Of a stretch of 64,000 bases of DNA, positions 1 to 13,049 are shown in pieces. The position numbers and the translations under genes are program-made. The first letter of the stretch is position 1. Every line of letters starts with the position of its first letter. The notes under the pieces were generated by a model. That model had not been told where the DNA came from and made no database searches. It saw only the letters and a list, made by a program, of their open reading frames with translations. The stretch spans positions 620,001 to 684,000 of the forward strand of contig JAYWIR010000002.1 in assembly GCA_036172245.1 (NCBI GenBank). The letters run 5' to 3'. Origin of the DNA: Raillietiella orientalis. Its lineage: Eukaryota.

Positions 1-484
1 TCCTCGACCTTTTCCACTACCGAACTTCCAGCGCCGATCGTGATTTGATTCGCGCTCGGGGAAAGGCTGGAAGCGAGATGGCGGCGGGACGCGGAGCGGA
101 AGACGGCCAGGAGAGAGGTCCACTGGTCCGGGAAGTGGGAACAGACGCCACGAGGCGACAGCATTAGCAGCAGTAACAGTGCGGGCACCCCTACCCAGTC
201 CAGTTCTGACCCCCTCTTCCGGTCAAGAAGCCGTTCCGAACGACGGACGCTTGAGTTCAGGCTAGGCAGTGTGGTCCACTCCGCAGACCACGCGCTCGTT
301 TGCCACGGTTACCAGCGGTCTCGGTTCCTTCTCCTTCGCACCTCATGCCTGATATCGGAGTCAGAAAAACAAAACCTTTGTGAACAGCGGCATCTCGTCG
401 CCGCTGCCCAGCCTCACAAGATGATCCTCGTCCTTTCGCCCGTGGCCTTCCGAAAAAAACAATCCTTTAAAGACAGCGCCGGGG

Positions 485-1030
485 AACACAATACACAAGC
501 AGGTGCAGGAAACGGGAGTCCTTCCCGCACTTTCTTGTCGACTGTGTTGCTCTCCAGCCCCTATGGGAACGTTTCGGAACGACCTTCCGGATCCAGGGAC
601 GTCTTACGGCTCCTCTTTGAGCGGGATGCCCTGCATCCATCCGCAGCCCCAGCAGTGCTTTGTTGCAACCGCAGGATTGCGGCGGAGCGAAATCAACGGA
701 GGAAGAAGAAACGAGAGGGACTCCGTCCAGTTCGCAGTTCACTTTCAGCGGTCCCACCTAGGACCTATTCGGACGGACCTAGCTATTATCCTGGAAAGGG
801 CACAGACTCCCTCCAGTGGACTGTGATCCCTTCCCGACTCTCCATAGTATTTCTATTTATTCTTATTTATTCTTTCTTTTTTGTTTTTCTCTTTGCTTTC
901 TTCCCTTCCCCACCGTTGTCGAGGGGAGCCCCGCCGGACTGTGAACCGGCGACCCAGAAGGTTCGTGGACAAATGAGGTGTAGTGGAATCACGTGTCCTA
1001 CCGCAATCTGTGAATTTCCTTTTCAATTTT
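485..1030 (+). mobile_element. Decayed 3' end of an L1/Tx1-like non-LTR retrotransposon (repeat A, copy 1)
   Basis: 504-545 reads CRKRESFPHFLVDC, matching the zf-RVT CxxxETxxHLLxxC motif. A T-rich 3' UTR (850-900) and a degenerate hairpin (979-1005) follow. Homologous in inverted orientation to 8400-8945. Confidence 0.75.
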
Positions 1031-1099
1031 AACGCTCCGGTATGTCCAGGTGCGAATACAACGCCGAAGAAAACTACTTTCCCGACAAACAGTTGATTC

Positions 1100-2390
1100 C
1101 CTTCGAGGAACACCCTTCGCCGCCTCGCTAGCGGGCAGCTCTTCAAGAGAGCAAGTGACCCGAGAACTAAGAGACGGAGTTCCGGAAGTGGTGCATCTGA
1201 CCACCGTGGGATGGAGAGAGACGAGTCTCAGAAGGTCGTTCCCGACGAGGTCGCGCGCGGGAGAGAGAGCAACCCCGAGTCTCTTTTTGCTTGTCTCGTT
1301 CGGTCGGGAGGAGGGAGGAATCTGGAAGCTGACCTTTGAGCAACTGGCGATCCCCAGCGTCGTAGGAACCCTGCCACCACAAGGTGGCAAATCCCTGAGG
1401 ACCATTCAAAGCCCTCGCTTCCGTCCAAGAATCTTCCCTCCCTCTACCCAAGCACGCACTCTTCAAAGCTCGAGGTGCCGCCATGGACCCAGCCGCTCGT
1501 TACCACCAGACAATAATCACCCGGTCTCAGCCGCCCTTGATTCTTTTACGATCCAAATGCCATTTGCCGTCGTCTCTAGGAAACCGCAGAAGTTCCCCCC
1601 CCCCCCTTCGTTCTCCCTTTCCTTGAACCTGCTCGCCTGCTCGCCTTCGCCAACCGGCGGGAAAGACGCACGCCTCTTCGCGAAGCAGGATCCGCAACAG
1701 CTTCTCCTTTTTCCTCCTCCTTCCTCTCTCGCCGACAGCGATAGGTCCTTTGGTTCTCGCGCCTCCTCTTCCCTTGAATCGGCTCTTCTCGGTCCACTGC
1801 CACCTCCGAATAAGAGGCACCACTCATGGTCACACGGTAGCTACAGACGGATGCTGGCTTCACTGTTCAGCAACCACCGCCCCGGGGGTATGAAGAGTGC
1901 TCAGAACGTCCGCTACAGTGGGGAAGCCAAACCTCCTCTGCGAGGATTCATCAGCATCGAAGACACTTCCTCCCTGGACTATGGTCGAATCCTCCGCGCG
2001 GATTCGATAGGAGGAGGAGTTCCGAAACTCTCCGAGAAGTGGATAGTCGCTTCCTCCCCATCCCTGTCTGCAGTTCGGAATCCTCATGAGCCACTCCCCT
2101 TCCCAAGGGAGCCCGCGAGAAAACGGCACTCGAGGGACCCTTGGAGCCGCTCCACAGCAGAGTCTCCCGACGGTCGCAAAGTGCTCGCCTGCGCAGGAGG
2201 TGGGCGGATGAAGCAGCTGTTTCACAATTCTCACGTTCTCGTCCACTCTGCAGAATCACTGCAGAAAAAGGGGCTACAATGGCACACTGCACATCAACCT
2301 ATGACTCGAAGACAGTTCTATGGATGGATGCATCCACTTTTCAGGGGTAGACATGGTCCTGGTTCACGTATCTCCTGGCAGCAGGATTAG
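1100..2390 (+). mobile_element. Decayed LINE reverse-transcriptase fragment
   Basis: In ORF 1050..2390, PFAVVSRKPQKFPPPPSFSLSLNLLA resembles F.V.RGVRQGCPLSP.LF.L.LEPLA. It is followed by RLFAKQDPQQLLLF at the position of the YADD motif, which is destroyed. Confidence 0.5.
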
Positions 2391-2762
2391 AAACGGAGGT
2401 TTTTTTTTCTTCTTTCTTCTCGGAGCACACAGACTTTGGAATAAATTTCGAAACGTCCTTGTTCACCCTCTCATCGATGAAATCCCTTCCTCCCACCTCG
2501 TGACACTCTTTGAGATCACTTCGACCAATCGTGCACGAAGAAGCGATCAAGGTCACGTATAATTCGGCTGCGTCTTTCCCGTCAGCTGACACGCTCCTCA
2601 TCTGGAGCGGCTGAGTGCCCTCCTCCAAGATAGGCAGCCTGCCGCCTCCCGGAAGCTGACGAACCTGGTCGCTTCGAACTTGCGACGGAGTGGTGCATGC
2701 TCCAAAAGCTCATCCTCTGAGGCATCCAACCGCCCAGCGGGCTTCGAACCTTTCATGACACA

Positions 2763-3504
2763 GGACTCGGCAGTACGGGTCGTGCTCCACGAACGACTGG
2801 TCAGAAAGAGACTCCAAAGGTTCAGTGATCAGGGTCCACCGCTGGAAGAGGGTCCAGGAAGGTCCGCGAACAGAGTCGCCGGGAGGGAGTTCGACCCTCC
2901 GGCACCCGACGAAGAGGCCTCAGCAACGCGCCTCGAAGAACCTCCGGGGAAGACACGTTCTCCTGCGAAGGAACGCCGCTCGTCCGCACCTTTCGGCGCA
3001 CAGATGTGGGAACCCAACCCTCTCCACCAACTAGCGGTCCCGATCAAGGGAAGCGCGCGTCTTGAGCGGGGATGCAGAGCCTCGAGCATTCCTCTTCGAC
3101 GGCAAGTCGCACTCGCGTGGAGCCGCTCAGCCCCGAGAGGATGCGGCGCCCACCGGGACCGGCGCACGCAGTGTCCCTTCGATGCACACATCGAAGGGAC
3201 ACGGAGACACCCCCGGCTCGCTGCTGCAAGGAGAGGAGCGCGTTGTCGATCTGGGCGTGCTGCCCGTCCCTTTGATGGCTCCCAGGAGGCTTTCCGGGAG
3301 GACGGGCAGAGGGGCGAAAGGCGGGTGAGGACGACGTGCTTCCCCGCTTCTCCGCCGAAGTCGCGGCGTCGATGGTGCTCAGGACGCTGTAACAGCAGCA
3401 GCAGTTGGAACGCGTCAGCAAGGGACCGGACTGCTCCCGTATCTAGTCAAGAGGACTGGCTATCTTTCTACGGAACCATCGCGCGGGCATCTCCCGTGAA
3501 GCAG
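2763..3504 (+). repeat. Repeat C copy 1: decayed LINE ORF2 endonuclease C-terminus/linker
   Basis: Near-identical to 14838-15580. FSDQGP and REFDPPAPDEE resemble the SDHxP and WKFNxxLLxDE motifs at the end of L1/Tx1 APE domains. Confidence 0.85.
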
Positions 3505-6500
3505 AGACCCTCGCCCAGTCGAAGGAGTAGATGGAAAAGAGGTAGAAGCTGTGACGACCCCCCTTACTCCATCTGGTGACCCCTTCTCACGTCTTCACAT
3601 GATGCATTCAATCTTATTGCGAGCAATTCCATTTCCGGATGGATTGCTGTCCTGCTGCCAAGGAAACTGTAGAGTCGTTCTGAAGGTTGCGAAGAGCTCC
3701 TAGGCGCGGTCTTCACCAAGTTAAAAGTATTCTCGCGGGGGCATTCGAGCGTTTTATTCCCAGGAATCGTGAAGGAGGGGAGGGCATTAATGAGGTTTGA
3801 GCATTCGCTCCAGCCGTAGACCACCCATCGTGAGTCCTCGTGTCCACGTCGGACCCTCTGCACTCCTGTGGCTTCCTGAGTGCGAGTTGTAGGCTGCTGC
3901 TGCTACTGTTGACCCCAAGTCATCACTCGGCCGTCTGGAACTGTCTCCTCGGGGAGCTGGCGTCTGGTGCTGGCGCATTCGGTGGGTAACCTTGGAGATG
4001 ACAGCCTTTCCTTTCGCGCAATCGGAAATGCTCCGTTTTCGTTTTTGACAGGAACGCTTTTGGATCACGAGAGCGCAACATCATTTCGTACCGACGCCAT
4101 TTCTCGGGCTCTTTCCTGTGGTCGCAGCTACGCCTAAAACTTTTATCCGTTTTTCCTTTCTGCTCTTAAAATCGGAATGATGCAACTCCTTTCCGCTCTT
4201 CCCCCCTACCGGATTGTCATTTTCGACTCCTACACGCGGCCGTGGCAGACGACATCGGTTTTTGTCAACCTTCCGCGGCAGTTCTCTTGCGACTTGTCGC
4301 CATCTCTCCGAGGCCTTGGTTCTCCACTGCTTTTGGAAATAGTTGGTAAGCCGTTATTCTGCTCCGTGACCATCGCCTTCTCTTTTTTTCCTTTTTTTCT
4401 TTTTTCGTCTCGATTCTCCTAAGCAATCCCAAGGAACACAACAAGTGCGTACCTCCCTCCCTCTCTCTTTTTATCTTTCCGTTCGGTTGCTGGTCCCAAG
4501 AAATCCTCTGGAGCCATTTGCCCAGATCTCGTCTTTCAGTCACCTTCATCCGCGAAAGTCCGTCTGCGCAGCCGCGGCATGTTCTTTTTCCCCTTTCCTT
4601 TGATGGGGGCCGTTTGGAAAGCTACAGTCCAGCTTCCTTCTTTCCTTCCTTTTGACTTTCCGCAGCGCTCGTCGATTCCTATCAAGATCAAGAACGCCAC
4701 TTCAATTAATTAATTTGAATAATTGGCCTCTCCGTCGTTTCGGGTCGCTACCATGCACACAAGCCGGTCGCGTGACCGCGTCGCTAGGCGAGAACTTCAT
4801 GGACCTGCCGATTAAAGAGAGTGAACGCAGGGGTCAGACTGATGGTAGAAGAGCGCTGTTTCTTCCTTTCCTCTCCCCTCCCCCCCCCCAGCCATGCTCC
4901 TCTGCGACGCTCCGCAGGCGAACCTCCGACTTTCCTTCCTTCCCTTTCTCCGTCGTCATTTGCCCGTCTTCCTCCCGGGTTTCACCCATTTTGCACCGAG
5001 GCCACCTCCCTGTCGATCTGCAGGCGTCTCCTTGCTCCCTGTTTCAGCAACGCCCGATCCCGACGGCTCTCGCGCTCCCTTCGGTTGAGACCCCGTGCCA
5101 TGGTCCAGTCGTGTGGAGTGCATCGAATTATCCTAGCGCCGCTCGATTAAAAAAAGTGCGCATTATCTTTCGCATTACTGCAGGCAGATCCAGTTCACAG
5201 TGCCAACGACTCCCGCTACTGAGATGCCGTGATCTCGTGTTTACAGAAAGCAGAATCCGCTTGCTCACGCGTCTTGTTTAGTGGTTGCTGGCCGAAGAAG
5301 CGAACAGCGGTGATCGAATGGAAACACGACGACTTGATGGGAAGAGTGCGTGTTTTGGAAGGGAAATGCATTGAGTATGGGAGATGTGTTTCGACGTTCT
5401 CGCTTCTTGCTACAGCGCTTCGTGCGATCTTCCCTGTGCACTTTGGGATGTTTGCGTCCAACCCCGGTGAACACAGGGTGATCTGCATTCTGTGTACTCT
5501 GCTTGAAAATATAAACGTTCGAAGCTATGAGCAGAATGTTCCAGAGTCTTAGCGAATTTTTCTTTCTCACCATACTTTCAACGCTGCCTTACTTCACTAT
5601 AAAAAACATATTTTGCAATACTAAAGACATTTTTGGCATTCTTGGATCAAAAGCTCCCAAAGTTTTTATTATAAATACCGTATTCTATTCCAGGTAATTT
5701 TAGATATATTGTAAACTCTTGTGTAGAAAAGTCTTGTATTAAAAGCTCTTGTATGATGTGTATGGAGTTGTGTCGGAAACTATCCTTGATAAAATTATAT
5801 TATATTAAACGTTTGCGTAATCCAAAACACACAAATAAATGAATAAAATAGCAAAGACATTTTTGGAAAAGGAAAAATAAAAACTAGGGGACTTTTTTCA
5901 GAAAGACATTTGATGCGTGTAAAGCTGCAACGGAGAACACGAGTCTGCTCCCATCCATTGTTGAATCTATTTTTAGACTGCAGAAATGCTGCACGGAAAC
6001 CTCGGCTGGTTGAAACACGCACACACACAAAAATGAAGCATACACAAAAGGTCGGCAGGGTTTCCACGGAAACCAACAATGAATGGGTTTACGTTGCCAG
6101 AGTAACATCGGCGTCGCTAAGGCAAGGCTTTGGGGAGCCGTAACTAAGTTGGATTTCGTTTCACGAAATTTAGAAAGTTTTTCCGGTGAGTCACGTGTTG
6201 CACAACTCCAATTCTGGAAAAGTTAATTTCATAATAAGCTATATTTGATCGATCAGGCGTTGTAAAAGTGTACGGATACAAAACACCATTGTGCAGATCG
6301 TAACTAGGAGCATGCTTCAAGCGAACATGCACTTTCTAAGTGTGGCCACGTTTTGCAGTCATTTCAGAGTGTGATCACATCTTGAATTCGAAATGGCCGC
6401 GCTACTGATCACTCACTCGGATGGTGAATTACTCGAAATCCGCACAATAGCTGCTTATCTTGGCGTGCCGTTTGCTTTGCACTCTCTCAAGTGCTTGCTG

Positions 6501-6599
6501 ATGATGAAGACGATGATGAGCTCTTCAGAGATGGCAGTTGCAGTGATTTATTTCCATCCGTCGCCAAACGATGGGTTCAAAGGGCGCAGTAGCTCCACT

Positions 6600-7450
6600 G
6601 ATCTTCAGAGGAGGTGGGAGAAAAAGCTTCTGATCCCCTTGAGCTCCACCCTATCTTGCGACGTGAGGATCCAGCAGCAGGAGTTGTTGCTTTCCCATCC
6701 GATGCGCACAACAGACTCCGGATCGCTGCTGCGATCCGTTCGATGAACAGAAGCTACTCCGAATCCCTTTCCTGGGGGGGAGCTGCATCTTTCCAGATGA
6801 CAACCGTATCCAGAATCCATCTGAAAATGCAGATGCAGGATAAGGGAGACGAATCTAGGAAGGGAAAGGCTGCAGTAGTTAGGGCAAGATGAGCTTACCG
6901 TTAATTGCCGATGTTTCCCTATAGTAAATGATCCAGCAAATGAGCGTGCTGAACGTGCAGAGAAGACAGATTTCGGATTAGCTGTGAGTGTGAGTTCGAG
7001 AAGAGCAGCTGATGGGAACGTTGACCACATTTCTCGGCTGAGATGATTCGAAACGAATTCGTGGAATTGGCGTTCGCTTTCCTCCTCCCCGGACCAGCTG
7101 GATCGAAAAACAAAGTCAGATAACAGAAGTCCATGATATGCAGAACTGGAATGTTTAGGAACGATCTCGAAATTCGAAAACTAGAACCGAACTCGAACTG
7201 TCTGGGCCTTTCCGTCAGGTCCGTCAACACGAGGAAGCAGCTGAAGCACCGAAGCAGCTTGAAGACAACCCTGCCCGCCGGTTGAAAGCCCACCAACCGC
7301 TCCCTCAGGGTGGCCAACACCGTTCGGGAGGTAAATCAGCAGTCGGTTTCCATCGAGCGAGTGATTTCCACCTCACTGAGTCGCCACGGATCCACATTTT
7401 TGCACGTTGAGTTAGGTGCTGCCTTCCACCTTATTGTGAAATTGGCCACG
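6600..7450 (+). mobile_element. Decayed hAT (ZBED/Ac-like) transposase remnant
   Basis: Collinear degenerate motifs across frameshifts: FPSDAHNRL (CFAHxL), SWGGAASFQM (RWNSTxxM), then EDNPARRLKAH...RVANTVRE...SVSIERVIS at about 7260-7370 (hAT dimerisation domain, DPLxWWK...SVxSERxFS). Confidence 0.5.
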
Positions 7451-8399
7451 AAGCACTCGCGAGGTACACCACGCTGACGTGAAAAGTCCGATCAACTCTT
7501 TCGTTCTTCCTGTGACTTTACCCACTTCTACTGCGCACTTCCACTTGGGGGAGCTGCAGCTGGCGAATGCGGATTGGCTTGGCACCGCAAGCTTCTCCGC
7601 TGCCGCTATTCTCTCGTGTGATTTTTCTCGGAACAAGGAGAGAACCCCCAAATGGAAGAACAACGAACAGGGATGCGAGCAGATATCTAAATAAATCAGC
7701 ACCTGGCACTGCACGAGAGTCCCTGTTGCTTGCTCATCTGCGATTCGGCGGCTCGTCTTCTACCTGAAACAGTGGGTGAAATTCTCCCTGATTGGCGGAC
7801 TGGGATGTTCGGTACTGGCGCACCTAAGCACCTGGAACTCCGGACAGGATCAGAGTGTGTTCACACCAGCATTCCCACGGGATGGAGTACGTTGGAGCGG
7901 CATTAAAGAATGTTTTCACCGTTCTCAAGTGGTTCTTCAAGTGACGCAGACCGGAATGAGCTTGCCTGTGGACTGAAGCCCTTCTTGAGGACTGCACTCC
8001 CGAAGAAAAACACAGGCGGAGACGTGTGGTCGGCCTAACAGATTTATTCAAGGTTTTGTTTGGATGTCGCGGACACCCTCTCGGGGCACTTCCCGTCACT
8101 TCCTCGATCTCTTTCACTCGATTCACGGAGATGATGATGCATCCCCGAACGCAGAGGGGATGCTTGCTTGTTTGTTCCTGGTGGTGCCGTACCTGAAGTC
8201 GAAATCGAGTCCCAACGCGCAGACTCGGTGCGAGATTTCGTTGCATTTCCGCAACCCTAGTATCAGAGGGGGTTGATGATGTGGGCCAATGCCTGCGCTC
8301 TTCTGGGGAGAAAAGACATGTTTTTGCCTCTCTCCTCCTCTTGTCGCTCCTTATTCAGCTCTGGCATCGATCTTTCGATTTCCACCCGAACACGTCGGG

Positions 8400-8945
8400 G
8401 CGTTTCTTAAAATTTCAAATAGACTCATAAATTGTGGTAGGACATGTGATCCTACCACACTCAGTTTGTCCACGGACTTTCCAGGTCGCCAGTGCACAGT
8501 GCGGCGGGGATCCCCTCGACAACGGTGGGGAAGGGGAGAAAGCAAAGAGAAAAACAAAAAAGAAAGAATAAATAAGAATAAATAGAAATACTATGGAGAG
8601 TCGGGAAGGGATCACAGTCCACTGGAGGGAGTCTGTGCCCTTTCCAGGATAATAGCTAGGTCCGTCCGAATAGGTCCTAGGTGGGACCGCTGAAAGCGAA
8701 CTGCGAACTGGACGGAGTCCCTCTCGTTTCTTCTTCCTCTGTTGATTTCGCTCCAGGCCGCCGCAATCCTGCGGTTGCAGCAAAGCACTGCTGGGGCTGC
8801 GGATGGATGCAGGGCATCCCGCGCAAAGAGGAGCTGTGAGACGTCCCTGGGATCCGGAGGGTCGTTCCGAAACGTTCCCATAGGGGCTATAGAGCAACAC
8901 AGAGCACAAGCAGGTGCGGGAGGGATTCCCATTCCCCGCACCTGA
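8400..8945 (-). mobile_element. Decayed 3' end of an L1/Tx1-like retrotransposon (repeat A, copy 2, inverted)
   Basis: Minus-strand CPDRLRCGEWESLPHLLVLC (zf-RVT). Reverse-complement match to about 500-1030. 10-bp hairpin at 8433-8459. Confidence 0.8.
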
Positions 8946-9559
8946 GACGGTCCGGGCACCGATCTTTCGAAAGGGCAGCAGGCAGCGCGAACGACCATTT
9001 CACTCTTCTCTCGAGGCGCCAGGGTCTGGGCCGAAATTTCGAGTCGGCTTTCGGGATCATCCGATGATTGCAGGTCATCATTTCCCTCCTTTTCCATATC
9101 TCTTCTTTAACTTGGTTCACCCGAGTCGTTGTTCACCTCCTGAAGGAGAGACCCCAGCGTGCAGTGCTTAGGGACGTGCTTTAGAGTCCCACTCTGCACG
9201 TGCGCATCCTGAAAGGACAGCAATCCCTAAGACGCGCCTCGCGGTCTTCACATTACATCGGACTTTGTGCGAGCCTCCAATCCGACAGCCCGCAGTAGAA
9301 GGCAAATAGAATGAGTTTCAGTACATTCTAACGACAGTTAGGACTGGTTAAGCTTCTCTCTTTTTTTTTTAGTTCCATCGTTTTTATTGCTTGGGATCCT
9401 GGATCTTCAAGATTGGGTTTCATCCGTAAAGCAATCAAACGGGAACTCTTTCGCGAAAACAAACCATAAGAGTTGCAACGTCTCGCATCTGCCCCACAAC
9501 AGATCCCGAAATTCATCTCTCTGTGTCCTTGCTGCGGATAATGACTGTTAACGTGATTA

Positions 9560-9855
9560 CAGCCAGGGATGTAATTGCGAGATAAAGCCTCTGGAGAAAA
9601 TATGCACGACAAAACGTCGGTTCTATAAATATGTATCTTCAGCTGGGAAAGTGATCTGTAACAGTAATTGCAAAGGAAGGTGGGGTAGCGCATGTTTATT
9701 GCATCAACAATAATATTTAAAAGAATTCCATTGCATCATGCGTAGCTCTCATTTTAAAAAGCATTCCATCCCACTTTGACGAAATTCGATCCACCCTGAG
9801 GGATATAATGAAACTTTTACTCCATGCGGTTGTCAAACAACCGAGACAGAATTTA

Positions 9856-9892
<37 letters not shown>

Positions 9893-12350
9893 GAAAGAGA
9901 CTCACGCATCTTTTAATGAAGATGGACACTTGATATTCTCGGCGCATGGCGAGGCGGATTTACCATTGCAAATTTTTGCGGCGTGTTGGCTTTGACTGCA
10001 TCTCGGCCGCGATGCAAAGCTGGAAATGGGAAAACGTCAGAGAGTGGATCCAGGAACCCGTCTCGCCCCACACTCCCTGCAAGCGGTTCGACCCCCTCAG
10101 CAGAGCGGCTGGAAGGAAAGCATTCGTTCGCGCCAGGCCATGGCAACTGAGAGCAGCGCGCGTCCTCGTGGACCCCGTCCTCCAGAGATGGAGGCGAAGA
10201 AACGGCATGCTCGCGGCCGTCGCCGTGCCGGAGAGGCAGGGGAGTAACCGGTAGCCCGGTAGAAACCGGGGAATACCAGCACGTGGGCGCGCGGTTTTGC
10301 AACACTGTTTACCTTCCCAGAGTAGGAGAGGGAAAAGCAACGCGAACTCTCCTCAGAGAAACAAAACTGCAGTGAATGGACGCATTCGTGGACTTGCAGA
10401 TTGGGAAAGTGGAAACCTAAATATAGAAAGCCATGCTCGAATATCAGTCATGAAGATAATCTGTTTAGAGATCAAGGCGAATGGTGAGCAAATTGCAACG
10501 CTACCCACCCTTGTAAAGCCAAATTCATGTGTCGTCATCCGGAATACAAGTTTACAAGTATTTATTTATGTCTTAGTCTGCCAAGTCTGCCTTAGGACAA
10601 AAGAATGATCCTATCATTATGAGAGGCATGCTCCGAAATTGACCGTACGCTCGTTGCAAAATACTTCTCGATCTCGGATGCTGGAGAAAACGCGCCATCC
10701 CATAATCTGCGCGCGCTCGTTTCCGTCTTATTAATAAAGTGTTTTGACTGCATAATCCGTGATGTGGAAACTCGAGTTCCTCTGATTCCATGTTTCCCAG
10801 TCCCCGGCCTCTCGTTGGAAGAGCAACTCCCTACCATCTTTGGTTCGGATCGGATAATTACGATGTGTTGATCGTCGGATTGTGTGATGAGTGTTTTCGC
10901 ATCTTCCGGAAGCGCGGAAGGCAACATGGAACTCGAGGGCTCAGGGTGTTTCTTTTTTTTTTCTCCCAGCAGTTTTGCAGAAGATGGTTATCAGATGGCA
11001 GAAAGTAGGAAGAGTCGCGAGAATAGGGGGCAGGGGTATCCGGGAAAGATAAAGTCTCTTGATCGTGCGAAACCACAGCCTGCCACCCAACCGCCACCGC
11101 GGCAGAGTTCAGAAGTCCATGATGTACGCATCATGTGTGAGATGCGTCGGAAGCTTAAGGGGAGGGAAGAATCACCGGTGCGAGAGAGAGACACTTCGAT
11201 CCACGAATGAGCAGGGATGCTTGCTCCGTGGAGAAGGAAGTAAAAGGAGTGATGGAAATGGCCAGCGGCCATTCCGATTCTGTGTTTCCCGAAGGAGACC
11301 AGCAGGAATCGAGCGATCGGATGAATATGGGGAAATGCACCTTCAGCAGAATAAGGAAGGAAGGAGGAACAAGTGATCTTGCGAGAGGCCCGCCTTCAAG
11401 GGAAAATCTGTTATGGCAAAGCGAGTCAGACGAAATGGCTATGAAAAACCCTTAGAGACTCGAAGACGAAAACCAGGCGGAAAGAGTATGCGAGTGCTCC
11501 AAGAAAACGCCCGGAAGGAGGTTTCCACAGTAGGCGGAGCTGAAATTCTTCCGGAAGAAACTGAATAAGTTGGCAAAACTCGGGGAAGGGAGACAAGCCG
11601 TTTTCGTTCCCTTGACGACGAGTGAATCAAAGGTGGGCCGCACGCGGAAAGTCCGCTTGTTCTTGACTTTAAGAGACTGCAGATGCCTGAGAAAGCTACG
11701 AGGACAACTTCGTGAACATTCGATGAAGACAGCGGGCGAAGTATTGCGAGGACAAAAGAATGGCCGCACCGTGGTCCGTTGGCATGATCCAAAACAACAT
11801 GGAGGCAGAATGAGGTGATAAACCGCAGAGTAAACAGTGGGAAGATGCTTTGCGTACCAGCACCATTCATCGCTGCTCGGATAGTCACGTCGTCGAGATC
11901 AGATCCTCCTCCCCATGTTGACGAACGCTGACGTGAATGCTGCTAACAGGAGGGTCCGTTCGGGTCCAGTCGGAAATTCGTGGAAAACAAAAGCATGCTG
12001 AAATTGAGATGAAAAAGGAAACTCGTTAATGCGTCTGAAAGACCTCAGACTCCAGGTATCGAGCTTGCGCGGAAGCTGCAATTTTGTAGCCGTTCCAAAC
12101 GGTCCGCGCGCATGTGTCCATGCATGTGAGCGCATTTCATAGTGCACTGTTATTGTGTGCACCACGATACTGAGGATTCATCCGGTTTTTCAGATGTCAA
12201 GAAAAACTCGAGATTCTTTTTCATGATGCTTCGAGGAATAATGGTCTGGACCATCTCCGGATTTTCATGCCAGTAATTTCCTATTACAGAGTTCATTTTT
12301 CCAGAGCGTTTGCAATATATTCTTTTAAAGGTGGAGGGTTGGCAAAGCAG
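9560..12350 (+). mobile_element. Probable, highly decayed Helitron Rep/Pif1-helicase remnant interrupted by LINE fragments
   Basis: Weak motifs in the expected order: VG*RMFIAS (IGRMY), HFDEIRS (SFEDLRT), EACSEIDRTL (EALDRTL), KGNSLMRLKDL (KxGxPxMLLRNL), RAFAIYSFKGGG (LAFAMTINKSQG). Each match is poor alone. Confidence 0.4.
9827..10330 (-). mobile_element. Decayed LINE 3' end with T-rich UTR
   Basis: Degenerate zf-RVT-like text (RLQGVWGETGSWIHSLTF). The A/AAAAG tract at 9855-9897 is T-rich on the minus strand. Hairpin at 9827-9843. Confidence 0.45.
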
Positions 12351-13049
12351 GAATCGAATTGCAGTCGAACCTACTCATTCCCTTAAGGAATCTACTGGAA
12401 TTTTCCTGAACTTGCCGTAGATCCTGACTTCAGGGAGACTCTGGATTTCGGAGGCGAGTGAAACCGCCCACATCCTCGTCTGCGCGCGGGGAACTTTCCC
12501 TTCTTCTGGAGAACAGCGGCAGCACTTGAGCGAACCATGCGGAATTCGAAGCGGCTCGCTATCCATATCCAAAGATGACCCTAATTCGAAGGTCCAAAAT
12601 GTAGCACATGAACTTCAGAAATCATCACAGTCGCATGATAATGACTTCATTGTCTGGCATTCTTATGACAAAATCATGCGATGAGTCTCGGGCTGTTTTG
12701 CAGTGACAGCCTCTATGTGACCATCTTGCGCGCTGATGACTGGCTTGGCTGTTCAAGAATGTGAGGGCATTCTTCGTCTCGTAGGTGCTCACAGAACTCT
12801 CTGCCGATTAATGACTTTCCGTAACGAGGAACAGCCTGAACGAACAAAACACAGTCGAGTCCACGGAGAGCGCAGTTGAGTTGGACAGTGTCAGTGCTCA
12901 CACAATAAACACTTTGTTCTTCGCAACAGCGAGACCGTGAAATCCAGCGCGAGGTGCGTTGCAGAATAAGAATAGGGCGAAATGGTTCTTCATTTCAAGC
13001 GTCCGCGTTGACATGAATCGAACATCATCCAGAATGGCGCAATTCTTTC

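Noticed and set aside
900..1005. HDV-like or hammerhead ribozyme in the LINE 3' UTR
   Set aside because: I could not fit a catalytic core or nested pseudoknot consistently in both A and B; only simple hairpins are supported.
12880..12945. Possible LTR end plus primer-binding site (AATAAAC...AACA GCGAGACCGTGA)
   Set aside because: Degenerate, no partner LTR or TSD, and opposite in orientation to the adjacent Gypsy remnant.
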